In this document: positions 1-10,147 of the stretch, piece by piece
Position numbering within the stretch: the first letter of the stretch is position 1
How the letters are laid out: each line of letters starts with the position of its first letter
DNA from: an uncultured Gemmatimonadota bacterium
Lineage (GTDB): Bacteria; Gemmatimonadota; Gemmatimonadetes; Palauibacterales; Palauibacteraceae
NCBI GenBank assembly: GCA_964613475.1
Contig: CAZTGV010000001.1
Coordinates: forward strand, 1 to 59,476
DNA length: 59,476 nt
Direction: 5' to 3'
Notes under the pieces: generated by a model
Database searches by the model: none
What the model was told of the DNA's origin: nothing
The model's input: the letters and a program-made list of their open reading frames with translations, nothing else
Program-made: the position numbers and the translations under genes

Positions 1-708
1 CGCTGCATCGAGGTGCCGGGGGTCAGCCTGGAGCTGTGCGGCGGGACCCACGTGCGCACCACCGGGCAGATCGGGTTGTTCAAGATCGTCCAGGAGACCG
101 GGGTGGCGGCCGGCATCCGCCGGATCGAGGCGATCACCGGCCACCGCGCCTACGAGTGGGTGCTCGAGGCGGAGGCGCTGCTGGACGGCCTGTCGGAGCG
201 GTTGCGGGCTCCGCGGACGGAGCTCCTCGAGCGGGCCGAGCGCCTCCAGGAGGAGCGCCAGCGGCTGGAGGCGGCGCTCGGCGGCCGGCGCGGGGAGGCC
301 GCCGAGCGCGCGGTGGCGGAGCTGGTGGCGGCGGCGGGCGCGGCGCCCGAGGGCGCGCGGGTCGTCGCCCGGGCCGGCGTGCGCCTCCCCGCCGGCACGG
401 ACCTCCCCGCCTTCGCCGACCGGCTGCGGGAGGGCCTCGGATCGGGCGCCGCGGTCGTGCACGTGGTGCTGGAGGACGAGGGCGAGCCGGAGAAGGCCGC
501 CTTCCTGGCGGTGGTCACGGACGACTGGGTCCGGATCGGGGTGCGCGCCGGGGATCTCGTGCAGGCGGCGAGCCGGGCCACCGGCTCCGGGGGCGGCGGC
601 CGGCCGCATTTCGCGCAGGGCGGCGTGGGCGATCCCGCCCGCGTCCCGGAGGCGCTCGAGGCCGCGCGGGAACGGGCCGAGCGGGCGCTCCGGGCGGCCG
701 CCCGCTGA
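1..708 (+). CDS. alaS: Alanine--tRNA ligase, C-terminal part (5'-truncated by window edge)
   Basis: Editing-domain motif [30 protein letters not shown] and C-terminal DHHA1 GGGG+PHFAQGG; frame is open from base 1. Confidence 0.97.
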   Translation, partial: RCIEVPGVSLELCGGTHVRTTGQIGLFKIVQETGVAAGIRRIEAITGHRAYEWVLEAEALLDGLSERLRAPRTELLERAERLQEERQRLEAALGGRRGEAAERAVAELVAAAGAAPEGARVVARAGVRLPAGTDLPAFADRLREGLGSGAAVVHVVLEDEGEPEKAAFLAVVTDDWVRIGVRAGDLVQAASRATGSGGGGRPHFAQGGVGDPARVPEALEAARERAERALRAAAR

Positions 709-1148
709 CCGGTCGGGCGCGCCTGGGCGAGGCGGTGGCCGGTCGCGGCCCGGCGCCGGCGGTGCGGACCTGGCTCGAGCCCCGGTTGGGGGCGGCGCCG
801 CCGGAGCTCGCCGCGGCCATCCGCGATTGCCTCGAGCGCGCCGCGCCCGCGCCGGAGCGCGCCGTGCCCGACGCCCTGGCGCGCGCGGCGGAGGAGACGC
901 TCGCCCGCGTGGCGGCGGAGCCCCAGACCCGCGAAGCCGCGGTGCGCCTGCTCGCGGCCGACGCCCTGCTCACCTACGCCTTCGAGGCCGCGGCCGAGAC
1001 CGGCGCGGACCTGCGGGCGCTCGCCGACCGGTTCGGCCCGGCGGGCGCGCTGGGGCGGCGCCTCGCCGCCCTCGCCGGCTCGGCCGGAGCCGTCCCGGGC
1101 GCTCGCGAAGACACCGGGGGCCCGGCGTCCCCGGAAGGAGGCGCCTGA
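705..1148 (+). CDS. Hypothetical small helical protein ([13 protein letters not shown] motif); start uncertain (CTG705 overlapping the alaS stop, or GTG735)
   Basis: Fills the gap between alaS and the SDR gene; its TGA overlaps the SDR ATG (TGATG 1146-1150); protein-like amphipathic composition in the 3' part of ORF 36..1148. Confidence 0.7.
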   Translation: MTGRARLGEAVAGRGPAPAVRTWLEPRLGAAPPELAAAIRDCLERAAPAPERAVPDALARAAEETLARVAAEPQTREAAVRLLAADALLTYAFEAAAETGADLRALADRFGPAGALGRRLAALAGSAGAVPGAREDTGGPASPEGGA

Positions 1149-2038
1149 TGACCGCATGGCAGGGAGGCGAGCTTCCGCCCCGAGGCGAGCTCACGAGAGA
1201 CGGCCTTGGAGCCGTCCGGATGCCGGGCCTGGCCGGCCGACGGGTCCTGGTCACGGGGGGCTCCCGCGGGATCGGACGCGCCACGGCGGTGCTGCTGGCC
1301 CGCTGCGGCGCGGCGGTCGGGATCGCCTACCGCTCGGCGCACGAGGAGGCGGAACGGGCGCTGGCCGCCGTGCAGGGCGCGAGCGCGCAGGCGGACCGGG
1401 GTGCGAGTCCGGGCGCGGAGGCGGGGGGCGCCGCCGGGAGTCACGGACCGCCGCCGTGGCGCCACGCGGGCGACCTGTCCCGCGAGGCGGAGGTGGCGGC
1501 GCTCTTCGAGCGCGTGGACGTCGAGTTCGGCGGGCTGGACGCGTTCGTCGGGAACGCGGGGATCTGGAACGCGGAGGCGCGACCGCTGGAGCTCCTCGAG
1601 CCCGACGCGTGGCGCGAGATGGCCGAGGCGAACCTCACCTCCGTCTATCTCACCACGCGGGAGGCGGTCTCCCGCATGGGGGAGGGCGGCCGGATCGTCC
1701 TCGTCTCCTCCACCGCCGGGCAGCGGGGGGAGGCGGGCCACGCCCACTACGCGGCCACCAAGGGAGGCATCCTCTCCTTCTGCAAGTCGCTGGCGGTCGA
1801 GCTCGGACCGCGAGGCATCACCGTGAACGCCGTCGCTCCCGGCTGGGTGGACACCGACATGAGCGCCGCCGTCCTCCGCGGCCCCCGCCGCGCCGCGGTG
1901 GAGCAGGAGATCCCGCTCGGCCGGGTGGCGACGGCCGAGGACGTGGCCGGTCCGATCGCCTTCCTCCTGAGCGACCTGGCCCGGCACGTGACCGGCGAGG
2001 TGCTGAACGTGAACGGCGGAAGCGTACGGTGCGGGTGA
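1148..2038 (+). CDS. SDR family NAD(P)-dependent oxidoreductase (FabG-like)
   Basis: TGGSRGIG Rossmann motif, NAG, YAATK catalytic YxxxK, VNAVAPGWVDT. Alternative start ATG1220. Confidence 0.93.
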   Translation: MTAWQGGELPPRGELTRDGLGAVRMPGLAGRRVLVTGGSRGIGRATAVLLARCGAAVGIAYRSAHEEAERALAAVQGASAQADRGASPGAEAGGAAGSHGPPPWRHAGDLSREAEVAALFERVDVEFGGLDAFVGNAGIWNAEARPLELLEPDAWREMAEANLTSVYLTTREAVSRMGEGGRIVLVSSTAGQRGEAGHAHYAATKGGILSFCKSLAVELGPRGITVNAVAPGWVDTDMSAAVLRGPRRAAVEQEIPLGRVATAEDVAGPIAFLLSDLARHVTGEVLNVNGGSVRCG

Positions 2039-3381
2039 GCGGGACCGACGGCGACGCCGGCGCCTCCTTCCGGCCCCCCGAGGCGCTGCTGCGGATCGCG
2101 GAGACGCTGGAGAGCCGCGGGTTCGAAGCGTGGGCGGTGGGCGGGGCCGTCCGCGACGAGCTCATGGGTCGGCACCGGGCGGACTGGGACCTGGCCACCG
2201 ACGCCCGTCCGCCGGATGTCCGGCGGATCTTCCGCCGCACGGTGCCGATCGGGATCGAGCACGGCACGGTCGGCGTGCTCGCCCCCGACGGCACCCTGTA
2301 CGAGGTGACGACCTTCCGGCGCGACATCGAGACGGACGGACGGCACGCTGTCGTGCGCTTCGCGGACACGATCGACGAGGATCTCGGCCGCCGCGACTTC
2401 ACGATCAATGCGCTGGCCTGGCGTCCGGCGACCGACGAGCTCCGCGACCCGCACGGGGGGCGGCGCGACCTCGAGGAAGGGGTGCTCCGCGCCGTGGGCG
2501 ACCCGGCCGCGCGCTTCGCGGAGGACTACCTGCGGGTGCTGCGGGGGCTCCGGTTCGCCGGCCGCCTACGGTTGCGGATCGAGCCCCGGACCCGGGAAGC
2601 GCTGGACGAGGCGGTGGGCGGGCTGGAGCGGCTCTCGGCGGAGCGGGTGCGCGAGGAGCTGGTGAAGGTCGTCGGCGACGCGCGGCCCTCGGAGGCCCTG
2701 CGCCTGTACCGGGAGACGGGGGCGCTGGAGGGCTGGTATCCGGAGGTCGTCGAGGCGATCGGCCGGGTCGGGGAGGGCGCCTGGGAGCTCAACCTGGGCG
2801 CGGTGGACGCGATCCCGGCCGCGCGCCCGATCCTCCGGCTCGCCCGGTGGCTCGTTCCCGTCGGCGCCTCCGGCGAGCAGCGGGCCGAGCGCGCCCGGGC
2901 CCTCATGGAACGGCTGCGATTCGCGAACGCCGAGGTGCGGCGGGTGGCGGACCTCCTCCTGCATTACGAGCCGCTCGTGAGCCCGGTGGATTCCGCCGCG
3001 GACCTCCGCCAGTGGCTCGCGGACGTGGGACCGGCGGCGGCGCGCGACCTCTTCCGCCTGCACCTGGCCGATGCGCGCGCGGCCGGCGCCTCCGAGAAGG
3101 GGCGCTACCTGGTGGCCGCCTGGCGCCGCGTGCACGAGGAGCTCCTCGCCCATCCGCCGCTCGCCCTCTCCGACCTGGCGATCGATGGCAACGACCTGAT
3201 CGCGCTCGGCGTCCGGCAGGGCCCCTACGTGGGCATCCTGCTGGACGAGCTGCACGCCGAGGTGCTCGAAGATCCCTCGGAGAACGACCCGGAGCGGCTG
3301 CTGGCGCGGGCGCGCGAGCTGATGGCCTTGGGCGGGCTCGGCGAAGCGCGCGGTCCCGCCGCGGTGGACGGCGATGCCTGA
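2035..3381 (+). CDS. cca: Class II tRNA nucleotidyltransferase (CCA-adding enzyme / poly(A) polymerase family)
   Basis: VGGAVRD, DWDLAT (DxD), [28 protein letters not shown]; GTGA overlap with the SDR stop. Confidence 0.9.
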   Translation: MSGTDGDAGASFRPPEALLRIAETLESRGFEAWAVGGAVRDELMGRHRADWDLATDARPPDVRRIFRRTVPIGIEHGTVGVLAPDGTLYEVTTFRRDIETDGRHAVVRFADTIDEDLGRRDFTINALAWRPATDELRDPHGGRRDLEEGVLRAVGDPAARFAEDYLRVLRGLRFAGRLRLRIEPRTREALDEAVGGLERLSAERVREELVKVVGDARPSEALRLYRETGALEGWYPEVVEAIGRVGEGAWELNLGAVDAIPAARPILRLARWLVPVGASGEQRAERARALMERLRFANAEVRRVADLLLHYEPLVSPVDSAADLRQWLADVGPAAARDLFRLHLADARAAGASEKGRYLVAAWRRVHEELLAHPPLALSDLAIDGNDLIALGVRQGPYVGILLDELHAEVLEDPSENDPERLLARARELMALGGLGEARGPAAVDGDA

Positions 3382-4795
3382 GGAGCCGAGCCTGTTCGGG
3401 TCCGGGCCCGAGGAAGCCGGTCGCGGGGGCTTCGGCGCCGGTCGCGCGGGACCGCTCGAGGTGGACGATCCCCGGGCGCCGCTCGCCGCCCGGATGCGTC
3501 CCCGCACGCTGGAGGAGTTCGTCGGTCAGGAGTCGCTCGTGGGGCCGGGACGGCCGCTCCGCGAGCTCATCGAGCGGGACGGCGTGCCGAGCCTGATCCT
3601 CTGGGGGCCGCCCGGCTCCGGGAAGACGACCCTGGCCGCGGTGATCGCCCGGCACGCGCGGGCCGCCTTCGTCCCGTTCAGCGCGGTGACCGAGGGGATC
3701 CCGCGGGTCCGCGAGGTGATCGCCGAGGCGGAGACGCGCCGGCGCGCCTCCGGTCGGCCCACCCTGCTCTTCGTGGACGAGATCCACCGGTTCAACCGCG
3801 CGCAGCAGGACGCGCTGCTCCCGCACGTGGAGACGGGCCGCATCACCCTGATCGGCGCCACCACCGAGAACCCCAGCTTCGAGGTCGTGGGGCCGCTGCT
3901 CAGCCGGACGCGGGTGTTCGTGCTCGAGCCCCTCACGGCGGAGGAGGTGGAGACGATCTGCCGCCGCGCCCTGGCCGACGAGGAGCGGGGGCTGGGCGGC
4001 CGGGTGGAGGCGGATCCGGAGGCGCTCGGGCTGCTGGCGACCGGAGCGGACGGCGACGCCCGGCGGGCGCTGAACGCGCTGGAGACGGCGGCGGCCCTGG
4101 CCGCCGAGCGCGGCCAGGGGACGATCGGGCGCGACGAGGTGGAGGCGGCCCTCCAGCGCCGCTATCCCCGCTACGACAAGTCCGGGGAGGAGCATTACAA
4201 CCTCATCTCCGCCCTGCACAAGGCGGTGCGGGGCTCGGACCCGGACGGCGCGCTCTACTGGCTGGCGCGGATGCTCGAGGCCGGCGAGGACCCGCTCTAC
4301 CTGGCGCGCCGGCTCGTCCGCATGGCGGCCGAGGACGTCGGGCTGGCCGACCCGCGGGCGCTCGAGGTGTGCATGGCGGCCCGGGACGCCTACCATTTCC
4401 TCGGCTCGCCGGAGGGCGACCTGGCGCTGGCGGAAGCGGCCGTCTACCTGGCAGCGGCGCCCAAGTCGAACCGGGTCTACGAGGCGTTCGGGGCGGCCCG
4501 GGGCGCCGCCCGCGAGACCCCGGCCGCGCCGGTGCCGCTCCACCTGCGGAACGCCCCCACCGCGCTCATGCGGGAGCTCGGCTACGGGGCCGACTACCGG
4601 TACGACCACGCCTATGATGAGGGCGTGGCCCCGCAGGACTACCTGCCGCCGGAGCTGGCGGGCCGCCGTTTCTATCGCCCGGGCGGACGGGGCGAGGAAT
4701 CGGAGATCGCCCGCCGCCTGGACGCCGCCGCGGAGGCCCGCCGGTCCCCGAAGGAGCCCCCGGACGCCGGGATCCGCGAGGAGGAGACAGGGTAA
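3374..4795 (+). CDS. rarA: Replication-associated recombination protein A (MgsA/RarA AAA+ ATPase)
   Basis: [63 protein letters not shown]. Confidence 0.96.
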   Translation: MPEEPSLFGSGPEEAGRGGFGAGRAGPLEVDDPRAPLAARMRPRTLEEFVGQESLVGPGRPLRELIERDGVPSLILWGPPGSGKTTLAAVIARHARAAFVPFSAVTEGIPRVREVIAEAETRRRASGRPTLLFVDEIHRFNRAQQDALLPHVETGRITLIGATTENPSFEVVGPLLSRTRVFVLEPLTAEEVETICRRALADEERGLGGRVEADPEALGLLATGADGDARRALNALETAAALAAERGQGTIGRDEVEAALQRRYPRYDKSGEEHYNLISALHKAVRGSDPDGALYWLARMLEAGEDPLYLARRLVRMAAEDVGLADPRALEVCMAARDAYHFLGSPEGDLALAEAAVYLAAAPKSNRVYEAFGAARGAARETPAAPVPLHLRNAPTALMRELGYGADYRYDHAYDEGVAPQDYLPPELAGRRFYRPGGRGEESEIARRLDAAAEARRSPKEPPDAGIREEETG

Positions 4796-4805
4796 CGGGA
4801 TCCGT

Positions 4806-6107
4806 ATGCCGGACATGATCGAGGTCCGACCCTCGGAGGAGCGCGCCATCCTGATCGGGGCGCCGCCCCTCGACATGCCGCAGCCGATCGTGGACGAGCA
4901 CCTCGAGGAGCTCGCCCGCCTGGCCGACACCGCCGGCGTGCGGATCCTGGGAAGCGTCGTGCAGCGCCTCGCCTCGCCGAACCCCTCGCTCTACATCGGG
5001 AGCGGGAAGGCGGACCAGCTCCGCGGGGTGGTGGAGGAGGAGGGCGCCACCCTCCTCATCTTCGACGAGGACCTCTCGCCCGCCCAGGGCTCCGCCCTCG
5101 AGGAACGGCTGAACGTCCGGATCATGGACCGGACGGAGCTCATCCTCGACATCTTCGCGCTCCGGGCCCGCACCGCGGAGGCGAAGCTCCAGGTGGAGCT
5201 CGCCCAGCTCGAGTACCTGCGTCCGCGGCTCAAGCGGATGTGGACCCACCTGTCCCGGATCGGCGGCGGCATCGGCGCCCGGGGGCCGGGCGAGCAGCAG
5301 CTCGAGACGGACCGCCGGATCATCGACCGGCGGATCGCGCGGCTGCGGCGCGAGCTGAAGGACATCGCCCGGGCGCGGGACACCCGGCGCAAGGCGCGCC
5401 GCGGGGAGTTCCAGGTCGCTCTGGTCGGCTACACGAACGCGGGGAAGTCCTCGATCCTGCGGGCGTTGTCCGGAAGCGACCTCTTCGTCGAGGACCGCCT
5501 GTTCGCAACCCTGGACTCGGCTACCCGCGCCGTGGAGCTCGGCGACGGCCACCAGGCCGTCCTCACCGACACGGTCGGCTTCATCCGAAAGCTGCCCCAC
5601 CACCTGGTCGCCTCCTTCCGCGCCACGCTGGAGGAGGCGCGCGCGGCGGACCTCCTCCTGCACGTGGTGGACGTCTCCGCGCCGAATTGGGAGCAGCGCA
5701 AGGAGGTCGTGAACCAGGCGCTCGTCGAGGCGGGCGCCGCCGACCGACCGACCCTGCTCGTCTTCCACAAAGTGGACCGGCTCACCCACGCCGAGGAGGA
5801 GGCCCTCCGCGCCCGCTCCACCGCCGTCCTGGGACCCCACGTCGCCACCTCCGTGCTGGAGCGGGACGGCCTGCGGCCCCTGCTCGAGGCGCTCCGGGCC
5901 GCCATCCGGGACCGGCTGGCCACGGTGCGCGTGAGCTTCCCGGCCGCCGATGGCCGCACGCTGGCCGAGGCGTACCGGGAGGGCGAGGTGTTGCGCCGGG
6001 AGCTCACGAACGGACGGATCGTGCTCACCGCCCGCGTTCCGGAGGCGGTGGTCGGCCGGTGGCGCGGGCAGGCCGGGATCGAGGTGAGCCGGCAGGACGC
6101 GGCTTGA
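4806..6107 (+). CDS. hflX: GTPase HflX
   Basis: IGSGK, DRTELILDIFA, AKLQVELAQL, GPGEQQLE, GYTNAGKSS, LFATLD, DTVGFIRKLPH. Confidence 0.97.
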   Translation: MPDMIEVRPSEERAILIGAPPLDMPQPIVDEHLEELARLADTAGVRILGSVVQRLASPNPSLYIGSGKADQLRGVVEEEGATLLIFDEDLSPAQGSALEERLNVRIMDRTELILDIFALRARTAEAKLQVELAQLEYLRPRLKRMWTHLSRIGGGIGARGPGEQQLETDRRIIDRRIARLRRELKDIARARDTRRKARRGEFQVALVGYTNAGKSSILRALSGSDLFVEDRLFATLDSATRAVELGDGHQAVLTDTVGFIRKLPHHLVASFRATLEEARAADLLLHVVDVSAPNWEQRKEVVNQALVEAGAADRPTLLVFHKVDRLTHAEEEALRARSTAVLGPHVATSVLERDGLRPLLEALRAAIRDRLATVRVSFPAADGRTLAEAYREGEVLRRELTNGRIVLTARVPEAVVGRWRGQAGIEVSRQDAA

Positions 6108-6952
6108 GCGAGCGCCGCCTGGCGATCCTCGGCCCCGGGCGCATCGGGCGCTCGCTGGCCCTGGACCTCGAGGCGGCCGGGCTCTTCCGCTCCGTGGACC
6201 TGCTGGGCCGCGACGACCCGCTGCCGGGCCGGCGCCGAGTCCCCGACCCGCTCCTCTTCTGCGTGCCCGACGACGCCCTGGCCGGGGCCGCGGCGCGCGC
6301 GGCCGCCGCGCTGAAGGCGGCCGGCGCCCCGCCCGGCCGCGCCCTCCACACGAGCGGTCTCCACCCGGCCGAGATCCTGGCGCCGCTCCGGAAGGAAGGG
6401 TGGTCCGTGGCGAGCTGGCATCCGCTCCGGGCGGTCGCCGCCCCCCGGGCGGGGGCCTTCCGCGGCGCGGCGGTCGGCCTCGAGGGCGATCCGGAAGCGG
6501 TGGCGCTCGGGGAGCGGCTGGCCCGGGCGGTCGGGGCGCGGCCGCTCCGGATTCGCCCCGACCGGAAGGACCGCTACCACGCCGGCGCCGTGTTCGGGGC
6601 CAACTTCGTGGCGGCCTGCCTGGCCGTGGCGCTGCGGGAGGTGCGCGCCGCGTGCGAGGACGACGCGCGGCTGGAAGACCTCCTCCCGCTCGCCCGCTCG
6701 GCCCTGGAAGGTCTGACCGCCTCCGGCCTCCCCGGGGGGCTCACCGGCCCGGTCGCGCGCGGCGACGCGGGCACGGTGGCGCGCCACCTGGCGGCGCTCG
6801 ACGCGCCGACCCGCTCCCTGTATCGTGCCCTGGCCGCGGAGCTCCTGCGCGCGGCGGGGGCCGAGCTGGAGCCCGCCGCCGCGGAGCGGCTCGCGCGGCT
6901 CCTGGAGCCGGCGGAGGCGGCCCGGTCCCGCGCCGAGCCCGCCTCCTCCTGA
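6104..6952 (+). CDS. Rossmann-like + DUF2520 domain oxidoreductase (PanG-like)
   Basis: GPGRIG Rossmann start, [36 protein letters not shown]; TTGA overlap with hflX. Confidence 0.85.
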   Translation: MSERRLAILGPGRIGRSLALDLEAAGLFRSVDLLGRDDPLPGRRRVPDPLLFCVPDDALAGAAARAAAALKAAGAPPGRALHTSGLHPAEILAPLRKEGWSVASWHPLRAVAAPRAGAFRGAAVGLEGDPEAVALGERLARAVGARPLRIRPDRKDRYHAGAVFGANFVAACLAVALREVRAACEDDARLEDLLPLARSALEGLTASGLPGGLTGPVARGDAGTVARHLAALDAPTRSLYRALAAELLRAAGAELEPAAAERLARLLEPAEAARSRAEPASS

Positions 6953-7025
6953 GGCCCCCGCGCCGGAGCGGCGCGGCACGGGCGTCCGAACAGCCCCGAA
7001 ACCAGCGCTCGGAGGGCCGCGAGGC

Positions 7026-7766
7026 ATGTCGGACATGCGCCTGTACGTCAATCTGGACCACGTCGCCACCGTGCGCGAAGCGCGCCGCACGGTGGAGCCG
7101 GACCCGGTGCGGGCTGCCGTGCTGGCGGAGCTGGGCGGCGCGGACGGGATCACCGTCCACCTGCGGGAGGACCGGCGCCACATTCGGGAGCGGGACGTCT
7201 CGCTCCTGCTGCAGACGGTGCGGAGCTGCGTGAACCTCGAGCTGGCGGCCGAGGATGAGATCCTGGGCCTCGCCGAGGAGTGGCGCCCGCTCCAGGCGAC
7301 GCTCGTCCCCGAGCGGCGGGAAGAGGTCACGACCGAGGGAGGGCTGGACCTGGCCGCGTCCGGCGACCGGGTGGAGCGCGCGGTGGCGCGCCTGCGGGAG
7401 GCGGGGATCCGGGTCGCGCTCTTCGTCGACCCGAGCCCGGAGGCGGTGCGGCGCGCCGCCTCCCTCGCGGCCGATGCGGTGGAGCTCCACACGGGCGAGT
7501 ACGCGAACGCGGCCGACGCGGACGATCGCGCGCGCGAGCTGGACCGCCTCGTCCGGGCCGCCCGCCTCGGTCGCGAGGCGGGGATCGACGTGCACGCGGG
7601 GCACGGGCTCACCTACCGGAACGTGGCGCCGGTGGCGGCGATCGCCGAGTGCGAGGAGCTCAACATCGGCCACTCGATCGTGAGCCGCGCCGTGTTCGTC
7701 GGGCTCGAGCGGGCCGTGCGGGAGATGAAGGAGATCGTGCTCCGCGCGCGGAAAAACGCCGGGTGA
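7026..7766 (+). CDS. pdxJ: Pyridoxine 5'-phosphate synthase
   Basis: [63 protein letters not shown]. Confidence 0.97.
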   Translation: MSDMRLYVNLDHVATVREARRTVEPDPVRAAVLAELGGADGITVHLREDRRHIRERDVSLLLQTVRSCVNLELAAEDEILGLAEEWRPLQATLVPERREEVTTEGGLDLAASGDRVERAVARLREAGIRVALFVDPSPEAVRRAASLAADAVELHTGEYANAADADDRARELDRLVRAARLGREAGIDVHAGHGLTYRNVAPVAAIAECEELNIGHSIVSRAVFVGLERAVREMKEIVLRARKNAG

Positions 7767-7815
7767 GGGGGATCCGGCCCGACCTTCCTCGTTCCGCCCT
7801 CCCCCGGGTCCGCCC

Positions 7816-8862
7816 GTGACGCGGCGACGGGCGGTGGCGGCGCTCGGCCTCCTCGTCTCCGTGGCCCTCCTCTGGTGGGCGCTGCGGGACGTCTCGCCGG
7901 CGGAGCTGTGGGCCCGCCTCCGGGCGGCCGACCCGTGGCTGCTCGCCGCCTCGGTCGCGGTGGCCACCGGCAGCTTCGTGCTCCGGGCGTTCCGGTGGCA
8001 CGCCCTGCTGGAGGCGGCGCTCCCCCGCTCCTCCTTCCTGTCGCGGTTCCGGGCGGTCTGCATCGGCTTCATGGGCAACAACCTGCTCCCGCTGCGGCTC
8101 GGCGAGTTCGCCCGCATCTACACGCTGGCGCGGACGGAGCCGATCGGCATGAGCGCGACCTTCGCCTCGCTCGTCCTCGAGCGCCTGTTCGACGGCCTGC
8201 TGCTCGTGCTGCTCCTCTTCCTCGCCCTCGCCACCCCCGAGCTGACGGGCCGGGGGCCGGCCGTGGTGCGAAGCGCGCCGGCGATCGCCGCCGGGCTGGT
8301 GGGGCTCGGGCTGACGGTGCTGTGGCTGGCCGCCCTCTTCCCGGAGCGGCTGACCGGCTGGTTCCGCCACCGGCTGATGCGCCCCTTCCCCGACGGCTGG
8401 GCCCGCCGGCTGACGGGCCTGGTCACCTCCTTCATCGCGGGGCTCGGGGCCCTCCGGCGGCCCGGGACCTTCGCCCGCGTGCTGGGCTGGACGGCCGTGA
8501 TCTGGGTGTGGAACGCGGTCTCCTTCTGGCTCGGCTTCCTGGCGTTCGACATCCGCGCGCCGGGCTTCGCCGGCGCCGTCTTCCTGCAGAGCCTGATCGC
8601 CCTCGCGGTGTCGCTCCCCTCCGGTCCCGGATTCTTCGGCCCGTTCGAGGCGGCGGCCCGGCTGGGGCTCGGCCTGTACGAGGTGGATCCCACGCAGATC
8701 ATCGCCTTCGCCGCCGGCTACCACATCCTCACCTTCATTCCGGTCACCGTCCTCGGCCTCTGGTACCTGCACCGGCTCGGGCTGACCTGGGCCGAGGTCG
8801 GCCACAGCGAGGAGGTGGTGGAGGCGGCCGTGGAGCGGGCCGGGGAGGGCGGCGGTGGCTGA
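7816..8862 (+). CDS. Lysylphosphatidylglycerol-synthase TM region / flippase-like membrane protein (UPF0104)
   Basis: Multiple hydrophobic helices; IGFMGNNLLPLRLGEFAR, ERLFD, PSGPGFFG motifs. Confidence 0.85.
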   Translation: MTRRRAVAALGLLVSVALLWWALRDVSPAELWARLRAADPWLLAASVAVATGSFVLRAFRWHALLEAALPRSSFLSRFRAVCIGFMGNNLLPLRLGEFARIYTLARTEPIGMSATFASLVLERLFDGLLLVLLLFLALATPELTGRGPAVVRSAPAIAAGLVGLGLTVLWLAALFPERLTGWFRHRLMRPFPDGWARRLTGLVTSFIAGLGALRRPGTFARVLGWTAVIWVWNAVSFWLGFLAFDIRAPGFAGAVFLQSLIALAVSLPSGPGFFGPFEAAARLGLGLYEVDPTQIIAFAAGYHILTFIPVTVLGLWYLHRLGLTWAEVGHSEEVVEAAVERAGEGGGG

Positions 8863-9817
8863 GGCACCCGCCGGACCGGGCGGTGGGGAGACGGGCGGGG
8901 AGAGAAGGGTGGTCCTCGACGCGTGGGCCAAGGTGAACCTGCGGCTCCGGGTCTTCCCGCCCGACGCGACGGGCTTCCATCCGCTGGAGACGATCTTCCT
9001 CCGGATCGGGCTCGGCGACGGGGTGGAGGTGGAGCCGGTTGGGTCCGGCCTCCGGCTGGAGGTGGAATGGGAGGGGGCGCCCGAGCCGCTCCCTTCGGGC
9101 GAGGAGAACCTGGCGTGGCGCGCGGCGGAGGCGTGGTGCCGGGCGGCCGGGCGCGCGCCGGCGGCCCGCATCCGGCTGCGCAAGCGGATTCCGGTAGGGG
9201 CGGGATTGGGCGGAGGGAGCGCCGATGCCGCCGCGGTGCTGCGGGCGCTGAACGCCGCGCACGGCGAGCCGCTGGGGGCGCCCGCCCTGCTGGCGCTGGC
9301 GGGCCGGTTGGGGAGCGACGTGCCCTTCCAGGCGCTCGGGGCGCCGATGGCGCTCGGGTGGGGTCGCGGCGAGCGCCTGCTCCCGCTCGCCCCGCCCCCC
9401 GCCCGCCCGGGCCTGGTGGTCCTGCCGCCCTTCCGGATCGCCACCCCCGATGCGTACGGGTGGCTGGACGCCGATCGCGCGAGCGCCGCCCCGCCCGGCG
9501 CGGAGGCCGGCGCGCTGCCGCCGCCGGAGGCGCTCGCCCGGTGGGAGACCCTGGAAGCCCTGGCCGAGAACGATTTCGAGGGTCCGGTGTTCGACCGTCA
9601 TCCCCCCCTCGCCGAGGCAAGGGCCGCTCTCCTGGGGACGGGGGCGCGGGTCGCCCTCCTCGCCGGCTCGGGGGCCGCCCTGTTCGCCCTCTGGTCCGAG
9701 CCGGGGGCGCGGGATACGGCGCGGGCCGGGCTCGGGCCGGCCCTCGGGGAGGGTTGGCGGCTGCTGCCCGCGGAGGCGCCGCCGGCCGCGTCGGACGCGG
9801 CGCGAGACGCGGTGTGA
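8855..9817 (+). CDS. ispE: 4-diphosphocytidyl-2-C-methyl-D-erythritol kinase
   Basis: AKVNLRL, FHPLET, KRIPVGAGLGGGSADAA (GHMP motif), LGSDVPF, NDFE, GSGA. Confidence 0.95.
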   Translation: MAEAPAGPGGGETGGERRVVLDAWAKVNLRLRVFPPDATGFHPLETIFLRIGLGDGVEVEPVGSGLRLEVEWEGAPEPLPSGEENLAWRAAEAWCRAAGRAPAARIRLRKRIPVGAGLGGGSADAAAVLRALNAAHGEPLGAPALLALAGRLGSDVPFQALGAPMALGWGRGERLLPLAPPPARPGLVVLPPFRIATPDAYGWLDADRASAAPPGAEAGALPPPEALARWETLEALAENDFEGPVFDRHPPLAEARAALLGTGARVALLAGSGAALFALWSEPGARDTARAGLGPALGEGWRLLPAEAPPAASDAARDAV

Positions 9818-9889
9818 AAAGATGTGCGGCCGCCCTGCAAGAAAGTGTGTCGGGCGCCCCCGAACGGCGTCACGGCGTGGCGGCCGACG

Positions 9890-9919
9890 TTGACGCTCGC
9901 GCGGCGCGGGCGGCATCTT
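9890..9919 (+). promoter_or_regulatory. Putative sigma70-type promoter of tRNA-Gln
   Basis: TTGACG (9890-9895), 18-nt spacer, CATCTT (9914-9919), 11 nt upstream of the tRNA 5' end. Confidence 0.5.
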
Positions 9920-9930
9920 CGGGAGCGCGC

Positions 9931-10001
9931 TGGCCCCTCGTCTAATGGCAAGACCCCGGCCTTTGGAGCCGGTAATCCAGGTTCGAATCCTGGGGGGCCA
10001 A
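9931..10001 (+). tRNA. tRNA-Gln (anticodon TTG), CCA not encoded
   Basis: Acceptor TGGCCCC/GGGGCCA, D arm GTC..AATGGCA..GAC, anticodon stem CCGGC/GCCGG with loop CT-TTG-GA, T arm CCAGG-TTCGAAT-CCTGG; followed by A then TTC. Confidence 0.97.
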
Positions 10002-10147
10002 TTCGCCGCCGCCGACCGGGGTCCGCCCGGCAGGCGCCGAGGTATCGTTCCTGCTGCTCCGGGATCGGTCCGAACGGTCCGCCGGGCGGGGGCCGGCCCG
10101 CTTCGTGGCGGTGCTCGGGGCGGTCGGCGCGGGGAGGAGGCCCAGAG

